From: Phycisphaerales bacterium
Lineage (GTDB): Bacteria > Planctomycetota > Phycisphaerae > Phycisphaerales > UBA1924
DNA: 64,000 nt
Direction: 5' to 3'
NCBI GenBank assembly: GCA_029260515.1
Contig: JAJDDC010000048.1
Coordinates: 31,671-95,670 of the forward strand
This document shows, in pieces, positions 56,031 through 64,000 of this stretch. The position numbers were made by a program, and so were the translations under genes. Positions within the stretch are counted from its first letter, which is position 1. The number at the start of each line of letters is the position of its first letter. The notes beneath the pieces were generated by a model. That model ran no database searches and had not been told where the DNA came from. It saw nothing but the letters and a program-made list of their open reading frames with translations.

Positions 56031-58232
56031 ATGGACAAGAACGAGCCAACAACAGTGGGCGGGGACTCGGCTGGCGCCGGGGAGATGCCGCCCGTGGAGA
56101 TCGCCGGGTACCGGATGCTCGGGGCGATCGGCGAGGGCGGGTTCGGGGTGGTGTACGAGGCCGAGCAGCTCGAGCCGGTGCGGCGTCGGGTGGCGGTGAA
56201 GGTCATCAAGCCGGGAATGGACTCGCGGGCGGTGGTCGGGCGGTTCGAGGCGGAGCGGCAGGCGTTGGCGGTGATGGACCACGCGTGCATCGCGAAGGTG
56301 TTCGACGGCGGCGTGACGGACCGGCAGCTGCCCTACTTCGCGATGGAGCTGGTACGCGGGGAGCCGATCACGGACTTTTGCGATCGGAACAGGTTTACGG
56401 TCGAGCGCCGTATCGGGGTGTTCATGCGGGTGTGTGACGCGGTGCAGCACGCGCACATGAAGGGCGTGATCCACCGAGACCTGAAGCCGAGCAACATCCT
56501 CGCGTACTACGAGGCGGGGCACTGGCCCAAGGAGGCGTCCACGCGCGAGCGCGGGATCGAGGGCGTGGGTGTCAAGGTGATCGACTTCGGCGTGGCGAAG
56601 GCGCTGAACCGGACGCTGAGCACGCGGACGCTGTTCACAGGGCGTGGGCAGATGGTCGGGACGCCCTCGTACATGAGCCCGGAGCAGGCGGAGATGTCGG
56701 GGCTGGACATCGATACTCGGGCGGACGTGTACTCGCTGGGCGTGGTGCTGTACGAGTTGTTGACGGGGATCCTGCCGTTCGACCCCGAGGAGCTGCGGTC
56801 CAAGAGCGACGTGGACCTGCAGAAGCTGATCCGGGAGGTGGACCCGCCGCGGCCGAGCACGCGGCTGGGGACGATCGCGCGGATGCCCGGGAGCGACGCG
56901 GTGAGCCGCATCGCGGAGGCGAGGCAGACGACGCCCGCGACGCTGCCCAGGCGGCTGCGGGGCGAGCTCGAGTGGATCACGATGCGGTGTCTGGAGAAGG
57001 ACCGTGCGCGTCGGTACGACACGCCGGGCGAGCTGAGCGACGATCTCGCGCGGCACCTGGCGCGCGAGCCCGTGGTGGCCGGGCCGCCCGGGGCGGCGTA
57101 TCGGCTCAGGAAGTTTGTCGCGCGGCGGCGCGGGCAGGTCGCGGCGGGTGCGGCGATGCTGGTGCTGCTGGTCGCGGGGGTCGTCGCGACGTCGCTGGGC
57201 ATGCTCCGCGCAATCGAGGAGAAGCGGATCGCGGACGAGCGGACGGCGACGCTCGAGCGGCTGGTGGATTTTCAGAGCGCGATGCTGCGGAACGTGAGCA
57301 TGCGCGGGCTGGGAGCGTCGGCGTTGCGGCGGGTGCTTGAGGGCGCGGGCGTGGAGGACGAGGCGTCACGCTCGGCGCTCGAGGGTGCGCTGGCGGGCGT
57401 CGGCGAGACCGATCTGGGCGTGGCGCTGTACCGGGAGCACTTCCTCGACCCGGCGGTGCGGGCGCTCGAGCAGCGGTTCGGCGACGAGCCGGAGGTTCGC
57501 GCACGCGTGCTGCGGACGATCGGCATCATCGAGATGAGCAAGGGGAGCCCGCAGCGTGCGTACGCACGGTTCGAGGAGGCGTGGGTGATCTCGCGTGAGG
57601 AGATGGGCGCATCGAATCCGAACTCGCTGATCTGCCGGGCGTGGATGGGGGCGGCGCTGGGGCAGATGGGGCGTGCGGACGAGGGCGTCGGGATGCTGCG
57701 CCCGTCATTCGAGGGGCTGCGCGATCGGCTGGGGCCCGAGCACGTGTTGACGCTGACGGCAGAACAGCTGCTGGCGGCGACGCTGGTGAACACGGGGAAT
57801 CCGCTGGAGGCTGAGCCGCATTACCTGAGCTATATCGAGCGGGCGGGGGATCTCAAGGGGTACTCGGCCGAGGAAGTCGTGCAGGGGATGAACAACCTGA
57901 CGATGGCGTTGCTCTCGGCGGGCGAGATCGAGCGGGGTGAGGCGTGGTCGGACCGGACGCTGGAGCGGGCGCGCGAGCGGCTGGGCTCGCGGCACGAGCA
58001 GTACGGCGTGGCGCTGTGTCTGCGCGGCTGGGTGCGGTACGAGCAGGAGCGGCTGGAGGAGGCGGCGGACCTGCGCGTCGAGGGGTGTGAGATCCTGGCC
58101 GGGCGTTTGGGCTACGACCACCCGGTGACGCGGTCGATGATGCAGTACATGGACTGGACGCTGCGCGCGGTTGGGCGTGAGGCGGAGGCGGACCGGATCA
58201 AGGCGGAGGGCTTCGCGGCAGCGGACGGGTAA
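56031..58232 (+). CDS. Ser/Thr protein kinase with TM segment and C-terminal TPR repeats
   Basis: GEGGFGVVY, VAVKVIK, HRDLKPSNIL, DFGVAKAL, GTPSYMSPEQ. A TM helix follows (AAGAAMLVLLVAGVVATSLGML), then TPR_12-like repeats. The start is ATG 56031 (GTG 56004 is possible). Confidence 0.9.
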   Translation: MDKNEPTTVGGDSAGAGEMPPVEIAGYRMLGAIGEGGFGVVYEAEQLEPVRRRVAVKVIKPGMDSRAVVGRFEAERQALAVMDHACIAKVFDGGVTDRQLPYFAMELVRGEPITDFCDRNRFTVERRIGVFMRVCDAVQHAHMKGVIHRDLKPSNILAYYEAGHWPKEASTRERGIEGVGVKVIDFGVAKALNRTLSTRTLFTGRGQMVGTPSYMSPEQAEMSGLDIDTRADVYSLGVVLYELLTGILPFDPEELRSKSDVDLQKLIREVDPPRPSTRLGTIARMPGSDAVSRIAEARQTTPATLPRRLRGELEWITMRCLEKDRARRYDTPGELSDDLARHLAREPVVAGPPGAAYRLRKFVARRRGQVAAGAAMLVLLVAGVVATSLGMLRAIEEKRIADERTATLERLVDFQSAMLRNVSMRGLGASALRRVLEGAGVEDEASRSALEGALAGVGETDLGVALYREHFLDPAVRALEQRFGDEPEVRARVLRTIGIIEMSKGSPQRAYARFEEAWVISREEMGASNPNSLICRAWMGAALGQMGRADEGVGMLRPSFEGLRDRLGPEHVLTLTAEQLLAATLVNTGNPLEAEPHYLSYIERAGDLKGYSAEEVVQGMNNLTMALLSAGEIERGEAWSDRTLERARERLGSRHEQYGVALCLRGWVRYEQERLEEAADLRVEGCEILAGRLGYDHPVTRSMMQYMDWTLRAVGREAEADRIKAEGFAAADG

Positions 58233-58259
58233 GAACCACAGCGGCGCGGCCGGGAGACC

Positions 58260-58790
58260 TCAGACCCAGACGTTGACGATGAGATTGGGCTCTTTGATCT
58301 TGCCGGTCCAGAGGCCGATGGAGGTTGTGACCATCTTGACCTCGTACTGGGGGTGCTCGTCGAGCCACTCGTTGATCTGGCGGTCGAGGTAGGAGAGCGA
58401 ATCGCCGGTGAGCTTGGAGTGGAAGCTCTTGACGTGGATCGCGCCGGAGCCGGTGACGTTTGGCGATCGCTGCCAGGAGTCTTCGTGGCGTTTGCCGCCG
58501 AGGTGCTGTTGGAAGGCGCGGATCTTGGAGGAGGCGCCCGGGCCGGTGCCGGCGGTGACGGTCTTGTTGCCCGCGGGGTCGACGAGGCGGGTGTCGATCT
58601 CGCCGCCCTCGTCTGCGACGTGCAGGGGCGTGTGCTCGGGGTCGAGGTTTTTGTCGTCGTAGACAGAGCCCGGGGGCTTCTCACCGGCAGCGTCTTTCGG
58701 GGAGGGCTTCTTGCCCGGCTCGCGCTTGACGGGTTTTGGCCAGTCGGGCCCGCCCTCGAAGGGGGAGAAGAGGGGATGAACGCGGGGCAT
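58260..58790 (-). CDS. hypothetical protein (176 aa)
   Basis: Start is ATG 58790 with GGAGG upstream. The N-terminal half is low-complexity and Pro/Lys-rich. The C-terminal ~70 aa are compact (IHVKSFHSKLTGDSLSYLDRQINEWLDEHPQYEVKMVTTSIGLWTGKIKEPNLIVNVWV). No family was recognised. Confidence 0.55.
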   Translation of the reverse strand: MPRVHPLFSPFEGGPDWPKPVKREPGKKPSPKDAAGEKPPGSVYDDKNLDPEHTPLHVADEGGEIDTRLVDPAGNKTVTAGTGPGASSKIRAFQQHLGGKRHEDSWQRSPNVTGSGAIHVKSFHSKLTGDSLSYLDRQINEWLDEHPQYEVKMVTTSIGLWTGKIKEPNLIVNVWV

Positions 58791-58927
58791 GCGGTCCTCC
58801 GTGGGCGCGCGTGACGCCGCGTGTGCGGGCCGGGTGGTCCGTGGCGCGACGCTCGGCCGAGTGGCCGATCTGTGTCCAGCGTACCCGAAACGGGCGTACT
58901 GCGTCCAGGGCGTGGCGGAAGCGGGGG

Positions 58928-59410
58928 TTACGGTCGCGGCGCCCACATCAGTTCGAGGCGCCAGCGGTCGTCATCGGTGCGGGAAGCGGTGAGCGACACC
59001 CGGGCGGCGGGGAAGGTGATTGAGGCCGAGAGGTCGTCGGTCGATTCGAGCAGGGCCGTGATGGAGCCGGTCGCGAGGCGGCGGACATGTCCACGCGAGC
59101 GCGTGAGCGGGCCCTCGTGGTCGAGGTAGAGTGCGCGGTGGTCGGCCAGGCGGGTGGCGCCGGCGAGTGCGGTGGCGGGGTCGTGCGGGGGCGGGGTGAC
59201 GCGGAAGGCGATGAGGCGGCGGTCGTCGGGGTCGTTGGCGGCCTGTGCAGAGGATGGCAATCGTTCGAGGAGCAGGTCGTGGTGCCAGGCGCCATCGGGC
59301 ATGGCGTGGCGGAGGACGACCGCACGGGTGGTTTTGCGGGCGGTCGCAAGCGGCTCGTGCGGGGGGCCGGTGTGCACAAGGGAGCGTAGGTCGGCCGTCG
59401 TCTGGCCCAT
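58928..59410 (-). CDS. hypothetical protein, possibly LigD_N-like (DNA polymerase ligase N-terminal domain family)
   Basis: Start is ATG 59410. VVLRHAMPDGAWHHDLLLER ... ADHRALYLDHEGPLTRSRGHVRRLATG resembles the HxDLxLE ... HRxxYLxxEG ... RGxV pattern I associate with that family (unverified). Confidence 0.45.
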   Translation of the reverse strand: MGQTTADLRSLVHTGPPHEPLATARKTTRAVVLRHAMPDGAWHHDLLLERLPSSAQAANDPDDRRLIAFRVTPPPHDPATALAGATRLADHRALYLDHEGPLTRSRGHVRRLATGSITALLESTDDLSASITFPAARVSLTASRTDDDRWRLELMWAPRP

Positions 59411-59478
59411 TGGGTAGGATGCGGGCCCCGGCGGGCGATGGATGCCCCCGGTTTCTGACGCGCAGACGGAGCGATGTG

Positions 59479-60183
59479 ATGCGCTTGTACGCCTCAAGAA
59501 CGGTGTTGGTTGGACTCGCGGCGGCGGCTCTGGCGGGAGGGCTGTGCCTCGGCGGGTGCAAGGCCCAGCGGATCGTCGAGCACTCCACGGAGCTGACCGG
59601 GTACAAGTCCCGCGGCAACGAGGCGTACGCGCGCGGGGATTACGCGGGGGCGCTCGAGTCGTACTGGGCGTACGTTGACCAGAGGCCGCAGAGCGCTTGG
59701 GGGCGGTACAGACTCGGGCTGACCTACCTGGCGCTCAACGAGCCCCGGTACGCACGCGAGCAGTTCGCGGTCGCGCACGATATCGAGCCTGAAAACGTGG
59801 CGTACGCCGAGTCGCTGGCGGACGCGCTGCTGGAGTTGGGCGATGTGACGGCGTTGTTCGAGCACCTCGATCGGCTCGCGGAGGCGGATACGACGTCGGC
59901 GGGCTTCCTGCGGACGGCGCGGTACGCCGAGCGGTTGGGGTTCATGGACGAGGCGCTGGCGGCCTACCGCAAGGGCGTGGCGCTGGACGGGGAACGATCG
60001 CCCGCGGCGCACCGGGCGTTGGCGGATTTCTACAGGCGGATCGGGGACCGGGAGAACGAGGTGCGGTCGCTGCGGAAGGTGCTGTGGTTCGACGCGGCGG
60101 ACCCGGTGGCGGCTGCGCGGCTCGAGGAGTTGGGCGAGATCGTCGGGCCGAGCTTCGCGCTGGAGCCGGACGCGGAGGGGTGA
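59479..60183 (+). CDS. TPR-repeat lipoprotein (234 aa)
   Basis: MRLYASRTVLVGLAAAALAGGLCLGGC (lipobox LGGC), followed by TPR-like helices (GNEAYARGDYAGALESYWAYV, GLTYLALNEPRYAREQF). Confidence 0.7.
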   Translation: MRLYASRTVLVGLAAAALAGGLCLGGCKAQRIVEHSTELTGYKSRGNEAYARGDYAGALESYWAYVDQRPQSAWGRYRLGLTYLALNEPRYAREQFAVAHDIEPENVAYAESLADALLELGDVTALFEHLDRLAEADTTSAGFLRTARYAERLGFMDEALAAYRKGVALDGERSPAAHRALADFYRRIGDRENEVRSLRKVLWFDAADPVAAARLEELGEIVGPSFALEPDAEG

Positions 60184-60286
60184 GCGGGTGCGTTGATCGA
60201 GGGCGCGGCTGCCTTTGCGTACGCTGGAAGAGCGGTGGCGGGGTGTGCGCGTTGATTTGACACTCGCCCGCGTCGGTATTACGCTT

Positions 60287-60296
60287 TATCCGGATA
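60287..60296. promoter_or_regulatory. perfect 10-bp palindrome TATCCGGATA just upstream of the ArsR-methyltransferase gene (candidate operator)
   Basis: TATCCGGATA at 60287-60296, 5 nt before ATG 60302. Local AT content is high relative to the surroundings. Confidence 0.3.
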
Positions 60297-60301
60297 TACG
60301 G

Positions 60302-61282
60302 ATGAAGCACCCGAATATTAACCTGACTGTCCTGGAGCGGCTCGCGGCGCTGTCGGACCCGATTCGCCTGCGTGTGCTGCGGCTGCTCGAGGGCGAGGAG
60401 TTGTCGGTCGGCGAGGTGGCGAAGGTGCTCCAGCTGCCGCAGTCCACGGTGAGCCGTCATCTGAAGGTGCTGGGCGAGGGGGGCTGGCTGGTTCGGCGCC
60501 AGCTCGGGACTGCGAGCTACTACCGGGTCGTGCTCGATGATCTCTCGGACGACGAGCGGGGATTGTGGGTGACGGTCCGGGGGCAGCTGGGCGATTCGCC
60601 AGAGCTGGCCGAGGACGCGCGGCGGGTCGAGACGGTTATTGCGGAGCGTGCGACGGATTCGGTGTCGTTCTTCGGGCGGATCGCGGGCGGGTGGGACGCG
60701 CTGCGGAGCGAGATGTTCGGGAACCATTTCACGGCGCAGGCGCTCTTGACGATGCTGCCGCGGGACTGGGTGGTGGCGGACGTCGGGTGCGGGACGGGGA
60801 ACGTCGCGGAGCTGGTGGCGCCGTGTGTGAATGAGGTAGTGGCGGTGGATCAGTCGGAGCCGATGCTCGAGGCGGCTCGTCGTCGGCTCGGGGGCGGGGC
60901 GGGCAACGTGCGGTTCGTGCAGGGGTCGGTGGAGTCGCTTCCGCTCGAGGATTCGAGCGTGGACGCGATCGTGTGCGTGCTCGTGCTGCACCACGTGGAC
61001 GAGCCGGGGCCGGCGCTTGGAGAGATGGCGCGGGTGCTGCGGGGCGACCGGGGCGGTGGTGTGGCGTTGGTGGTGGACATGCTCGAGCACGGGCGGGTGG
61101 AGTACAAGCACACGATGGGGCACAAGCACCTGGGTTTCAGCGAGGCGCGGGTCGGGGAGTTGTTCGACGAGGCGGGCTTCGGGGCGCCGGACGTGCGGAC
61201 GATCCGGGGTGAGAGCCAGGCGAAGGGCCCGGGGTTGTTCGCGGCTGTCGGTCGTGTGAAGGGGGCGGGGAGGAAGAGATGA
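60302..61282 (+). CDS. ArsR-family wHTH fused to a class I SAM-dependent methyltransferase-like domain (SahR-like regulator)
   Basis: LSDPIRLRVLRLLEGEELSVGEVAKVLQLPQSTVSRHLKVLGEGGWL is an ArsR HTH. VADVGCGTGN (motif I), AVDQSEPML and DAIVCVLVLHHV are methyltransferase motifs. It lies directly upstream of ahcY. Confidence 0.8.
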   Translation: MKHPNINLTVLERLAALSDPIRLRVLRLLEGEELSVGEVAKVLQLPQSTVSRHLKVLGEGGWLVRRQLGTASYYRVVLDDLSDDERGLWVTVRGQLGDSPELAEDARRVETVIAERATDSVSFFGRIAGGWDALRSEMFGNHFTAQALLTMLPRDWVVADVGCGTGNVAELVAPCVNEVVAVDQSEPMLEAARRRLGGGAGNVRFVQGSVESLPLEDSSVDAIVCVLVLHHVDEPGPALGEMARVLRGDRGGGVALVVDMLEHGRVEYKHTMGHKHLGFSEARVGELFDEAGFGAPDVRTIRGESQAKGPGLFAAVGRVKGAGRKR

Positions 61283-61421
61283 GTAGACAGAGGGGACGGA
61301 GGCGTGAGAGAAGATCATAGGAAATACGCGCGGCTGCCCGATTCGGGCCGGCCGTGGCACCGGGGCGTTTGACGGCGCCGCGGCGGATTGAACGGAAATC
61401 ACTTCAGAGTTGGAGAATGCA

Positions 61422-62909
61422 ATGACGGCGATGATGACGAAGCCGGACAGTGTGAAGACGGCTGGCGGGACGCTCGAGTTCAAGGTGCGGGATTTGTCGC
61501 TTGCAGAGAGCGGGCGGAAGGAGATCCGGCTGGCCGAGCACGAGATGCCCGGGCTGATGGCGTTGCGTGAGCGGTATGGGAAGACGAAGCCGTTGAAGGG
61601 GGCGCGGATCGCGGGGTCGCTGCATATGACGGTGCAGACGGCGGTGCTGATCGAGACGCTGACGGCGCTGGGCGCGGAGGTTCGCTGGGCGTCGTGCAAC
61701 ATCTTCTCGACGCAGGACTCGGCGGCGTCGGCGATGGTGGTCGGGGTGAACGGGACACCCGAGAAGCCCGAGGGCGTGCCGGTGTTCGCGTGGAAGGGCG
61801 AGACGCTCGACGAGTACTGGTGGTGCGCGCGTCAGATCCTGAACTGGCCGGGCGGTGCGGGGGCGAACCTGATCCTCGACGACGGCGGGGACGCGACGAT
61901 GATGGTGCTCAAGGGGCTCGAGTACGAGAAGGCGGGGAAGATCCCCGCGTTCGCCCCCGAGACCGACCCCGAGGAGATCGGCGCGTTCCTGCGCCAGCTC
62001 GTCGAGCAGGAGAAGGAGTTCCCGGGGTGCTGGGAGAAGATCGCGGGTGCGATCAAGGGCGTCAGCGAGGAAACCACAACGGGTGTGCACCGTCTGTACC
62101 AGTTCGCGGAGCAGGGGATCATGCCGTTCCCGGCGATCAACGTGAATGACAGCGTGACCAAGAGCAAGTTCGACAATGTGTATGGGTGCCGTCACAGTCT
62201 CCTTGACGGGCTCAACCGTGCGACGGACGTGATGATGTCGGGCAAAGTCGCGGTGGTGTGCGGGTATGGCGAGGTGGGCAAGGGGTGCTGCCAGGCTCTG
62301 AAGGGTCAGGGGGCCCGCGTGATCGTGACCGAGGTCGATCCGATCTGCGCGTTGCAGGCGGCGATGGAGGGCTTCGAGGTCACGACGCTCGACGACGTGG
62401 TCGAGACGGCAGACGTGTTCGTCACGACGACGGGCAACAAGGACATCATCACGCTCGAGTCGATGCGGCGGATGAAGGACAAGGCGATCGTCGGGAACAT
62501 CGGGCACTTCGATAACGAGGTGCAGATGGAGCGGCTGGCGCGTGACCCGGATGTCGAGCGGATCAACATCAAGCCGCAGTACGACGAGTTCCGATTCAAG
62601 AGCAAGGACACGAGCATCCTGGTGCTCGCCGAGGGGCGTCTTCTGAACCTTGGGTGCGCGACTGGGCACCCGAGCTTTGTGATGAGCGCGAGCTTTACGA
62701 ACCAGGTGATCGCGCAGATGGAGCTGCACGCGAACACGAGTGCCTACGAGAACAAGGTGTACATGCTGCCCAAGCACCTGGACGAGGAGGTTGCTCGCCT
62801 GCACCTCGACAAGCTGGGCGTGAAGCTGACGAAGCTGAGCAAGGAGCAGGCGGACTACATCGGGGTGCCGGTGAACGGGCCTTACAAGGCGGAGCACTAC
62901 AGGTACTAG
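61422..62909 (+). CDS. ahcY: adenosylhomocysteinase
   Basis: GGAG lies 6 nt upstream of ATG 61422. [34 protein letters not shown], the NAD site [21 protein letters not shown], and the C-terminal YKAEHYRY. Confidence 0.95.
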   Translation: MTAMMTKPDSVKTAGGTLEFKVRDLSLAESGRKEIRLAEHEMPGLMALRERYGKTKPLKGARIAGSLHMTVQTAVLIETLTALGAEVRWASCNIFSTQDSAASAMVVGVNGTPEKPEGVPVFAWKGETLDEYWWCARQILNWPGGAGANLILDDGGDATMMVLKGLEYEKAGKIPAFAPETDPEEIGAFLRQLVEQEKEFPGCWEKIAGAIKGVSEETTTGVHRLYQFAEQGIMPFPAINVNDSVTKSKFDNVYGCRHSLLDGLNRATDVMMSGKVAVVCGYGEVGKGCCQALKGQGARVIVTEVDPICALQAAMEGFEVTTLDDVVETADVFVTTTGNKDIITLESMRRMKDKAIVGNIGHFDNEVQMERLARDPDVERINIKPQYDEFRFKSKDTSILVLAEGRLLNLGCATGHPSFVMSASFTNQVIAQMELHANTSAYENKVYMLPKHLDEEVARLHLDKLGVKLTKLSKEQADYIGVPVNGPYKAEHYRY

Positions 62910-62947
62910 GCATTGGGCACCAGGCACTAGGCAATACAAATAAAAGA

Positions 62948-62980
62948 GCCCAGGGACAGGTGTCCCTGGGCTTTCTTGTT
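62948..62980. terminator. bidirectional rho-independent terminator between convergent ahcY and the 63000.. gene
   Basis: GCCCAGGGACA/TGTCCCTGGGC inverted repeat (62948-62971), flanked by AAAAGA on the left and TTTCTTGTT on the right. Confidence 0.7.
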
Positions 62981-62999
62981 GCGCTGGTGGGGAGGGGTG

Positions 63000-64000
63000 T
63001 TACGGGCAGCCGGCGCCGAAGAGGGTCAGGAAGGCGATGACGTCGTCGAAGTTCCACTGCCCGGAGGGCGGCGCCAGATCGGCGGCGGCCTCCATGTTGG
63101 AGAAGGCGGTGAGGAAGGCGATAACGTCGTCGAAGTTGAGCTGGCCGAAGGGCTCGGCGAGGTCGGCGGCGTTGCAGCCGGCGGGGGGGAGCGCGAGGCA
63201 GATGATGGCCTCGAGCTCGGTGACCTGGTCGAGGGTCTCGATGTCGACCTCGACGTAAACGCTGCCGTCCTCGGCGAGATCGAGGCCCGGGCCGATGATG
63301 TTGGAGGCGTTGAAGTCGGTGATGGTCCAATCGGCGCCGCCCTCGCCGTCGTCGAAGAGGTCGCCGACGGAGAGGAGTTTGACGGCGGAGGCGAGGTCGG
63401 AGGCGTCTGCTGCGAAGAAGAGGGTCTCGCCCGCCTCGTCGGTGGACCAGATGAAGACGGCCTGGCCGAGGTCGTTGATGGAGAGAGCGCCGACGGAGGA
63501 GCCAAGGGTGAGACCGTCGACGACGTCGTCCTCTCGGAGGGCGATGGCGCCGTTGTAGGCGATGAACTCGTCGGAGGCGGAGGCGCCGTCGGTATCACCC
63601 GAGAAGAGGTAGTTTCCGGAGGCGTTGATCGAGACGATGTCGAAGTTGTCCCAGTTGTCGCCGTCGCCGGTGGGCGATGCCTCTCGGGCGACGGGCGAGC
63701 CATCGACGAGGACGAAGCCGTCGTCGGTGGTGGAGCCTGAGTCGGCGAGGACGACTCGGATCTGATGGGAGCCGTCGCCGGCGGTGTGGTGGTCGAAGTC
63801 GACGCCCGAGGGGAAGTCGATGGTGAGACCGCCGGTGTCGGGGATGACGTCGCCGCAGACGGAAACGATGTCGATGACGCCGGCGGGGTTGCGGCGGTAG
63901 AGGGCTCGCTGGAACGTGCCGCTGCCGGCGCCGTCGTTGATGCCGCCGATCCAGAACGACGTGCCGTCGTCGATCATCTGTGGGCGGGAGTTGAAGGTGG
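63000..64000 (-). CDS. secreted NxxGxxAF-type repeat protein with dockerin-like GCP module, C-terminal 333 codons (N-terminus beyond window end)
   Basis: The reading frame stays open upstream of the track's Met (63977) to the window edge, and no signal peptide is seen there. Repeats include SINDLGQAVFIW and INASGNYLFSG. It ends ...TLFGAGCP. Confidence 0.75.
   Translation of the reverse strand, partial: TFNSRPQMIDDGTSFWIGGINDGAGSGTFQRALYRRNPAGVIDIVSVCGDVIPDTGGLTIDFPSGVDFDHHTAGDGSHQIRVVLADSGSTTDDGFVLVDGSPVAREASPTGDGDNWDNFDIVSINASGNYLFSGDTDGASASDEFIAYNGAIALREDDVVDGLTLGSSVGALSINDLGQAVFIWSTDEAGETLFFAADASDLASAVKLLSVGDLFDDGEGGADWTITDFNASNIIGPGLDLAEDGSVYVEVDIETLDQVTELEAIICLALPPAGCNAADLAEPFGQLNFDDVIAFLTAFSNMEAAADLAPPSGQWNFDDVIAFLTLFGAGCP
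63003..63176 (-). repeat. dockerin-like Cys-bracketed double repeat
   Basis: CNAADLAEPFGQLNFDDVIAFLTAFSNMEAAADLAPPSGQWNFDDVIAFLTLFGAGCP. Confidence 0.85.

Overview
This is a very GC-rich bacterial chromosomal segment. GC was judged by eye, not computed. It holds about 51 protein-coding genes and 3 stand-alone tRNAs. I saw no rRNA, CRISPR array, transposase or integrase. The domain content (PEP-CTERM tails, LVIVD and YVTN propellers, a Ser/Thr kinase with TPR repeats, dockerin-like tails) suggests a Planctomycetota/Phycisphaerae-like organism, but that is inference only.

Housekeeping genes are well supported by motifs:
- thiS-thiG, cinA, pyk and galE
- the polyamine pair speA-speB
- cls, tatA, folD, ligA and asnB
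- a SahR-like regulator next to ahcY
- an M20 peptidase, an SDR, a Gfo/Idh/MocA oxidoreductase, a GNAT and a CYTH protein

The unusual content is a surface/secreted proteome. Eleven CDS end in, or carry near their end, the same ~58-aa module: two tandem ADLAxPxGxxDFSDVxAFL repeats bracketed by Cys, usually finishing ...GCP-stop. Eight of these genes are consecutive (36256-49739, split only by tRNA-Phe). Their N-terminal 'heads' are unrelated to each other:
- LVIVD propellers
- an NxxGxxAF-repeat protein
- a metzincin with Ig domains
- a YVTN propeller fused to a two-CxxCH peroxidase-like domain
- two paralogs of an unknown Cys/His-rich family

No cohesin-like partner is visible in the window.

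Other notable items:
- two LVIVD paralogs carry the module plus a CxxC and a PEGGRYLYRP-TM-Arg tail, and are translationally coupled to an O-antigen-ligase-family gene
- a tail-fibre-like protein has an S74 self-cleaving chaperone domain followed by a membrane anchor
- two PAP-variant PEP-CTERM proteins
- REP-like GC palindromic elements (3 copies)

Many long ORFs in the six-frame track are antisense or alternate-frame artefacts of the high GC content and were not called.
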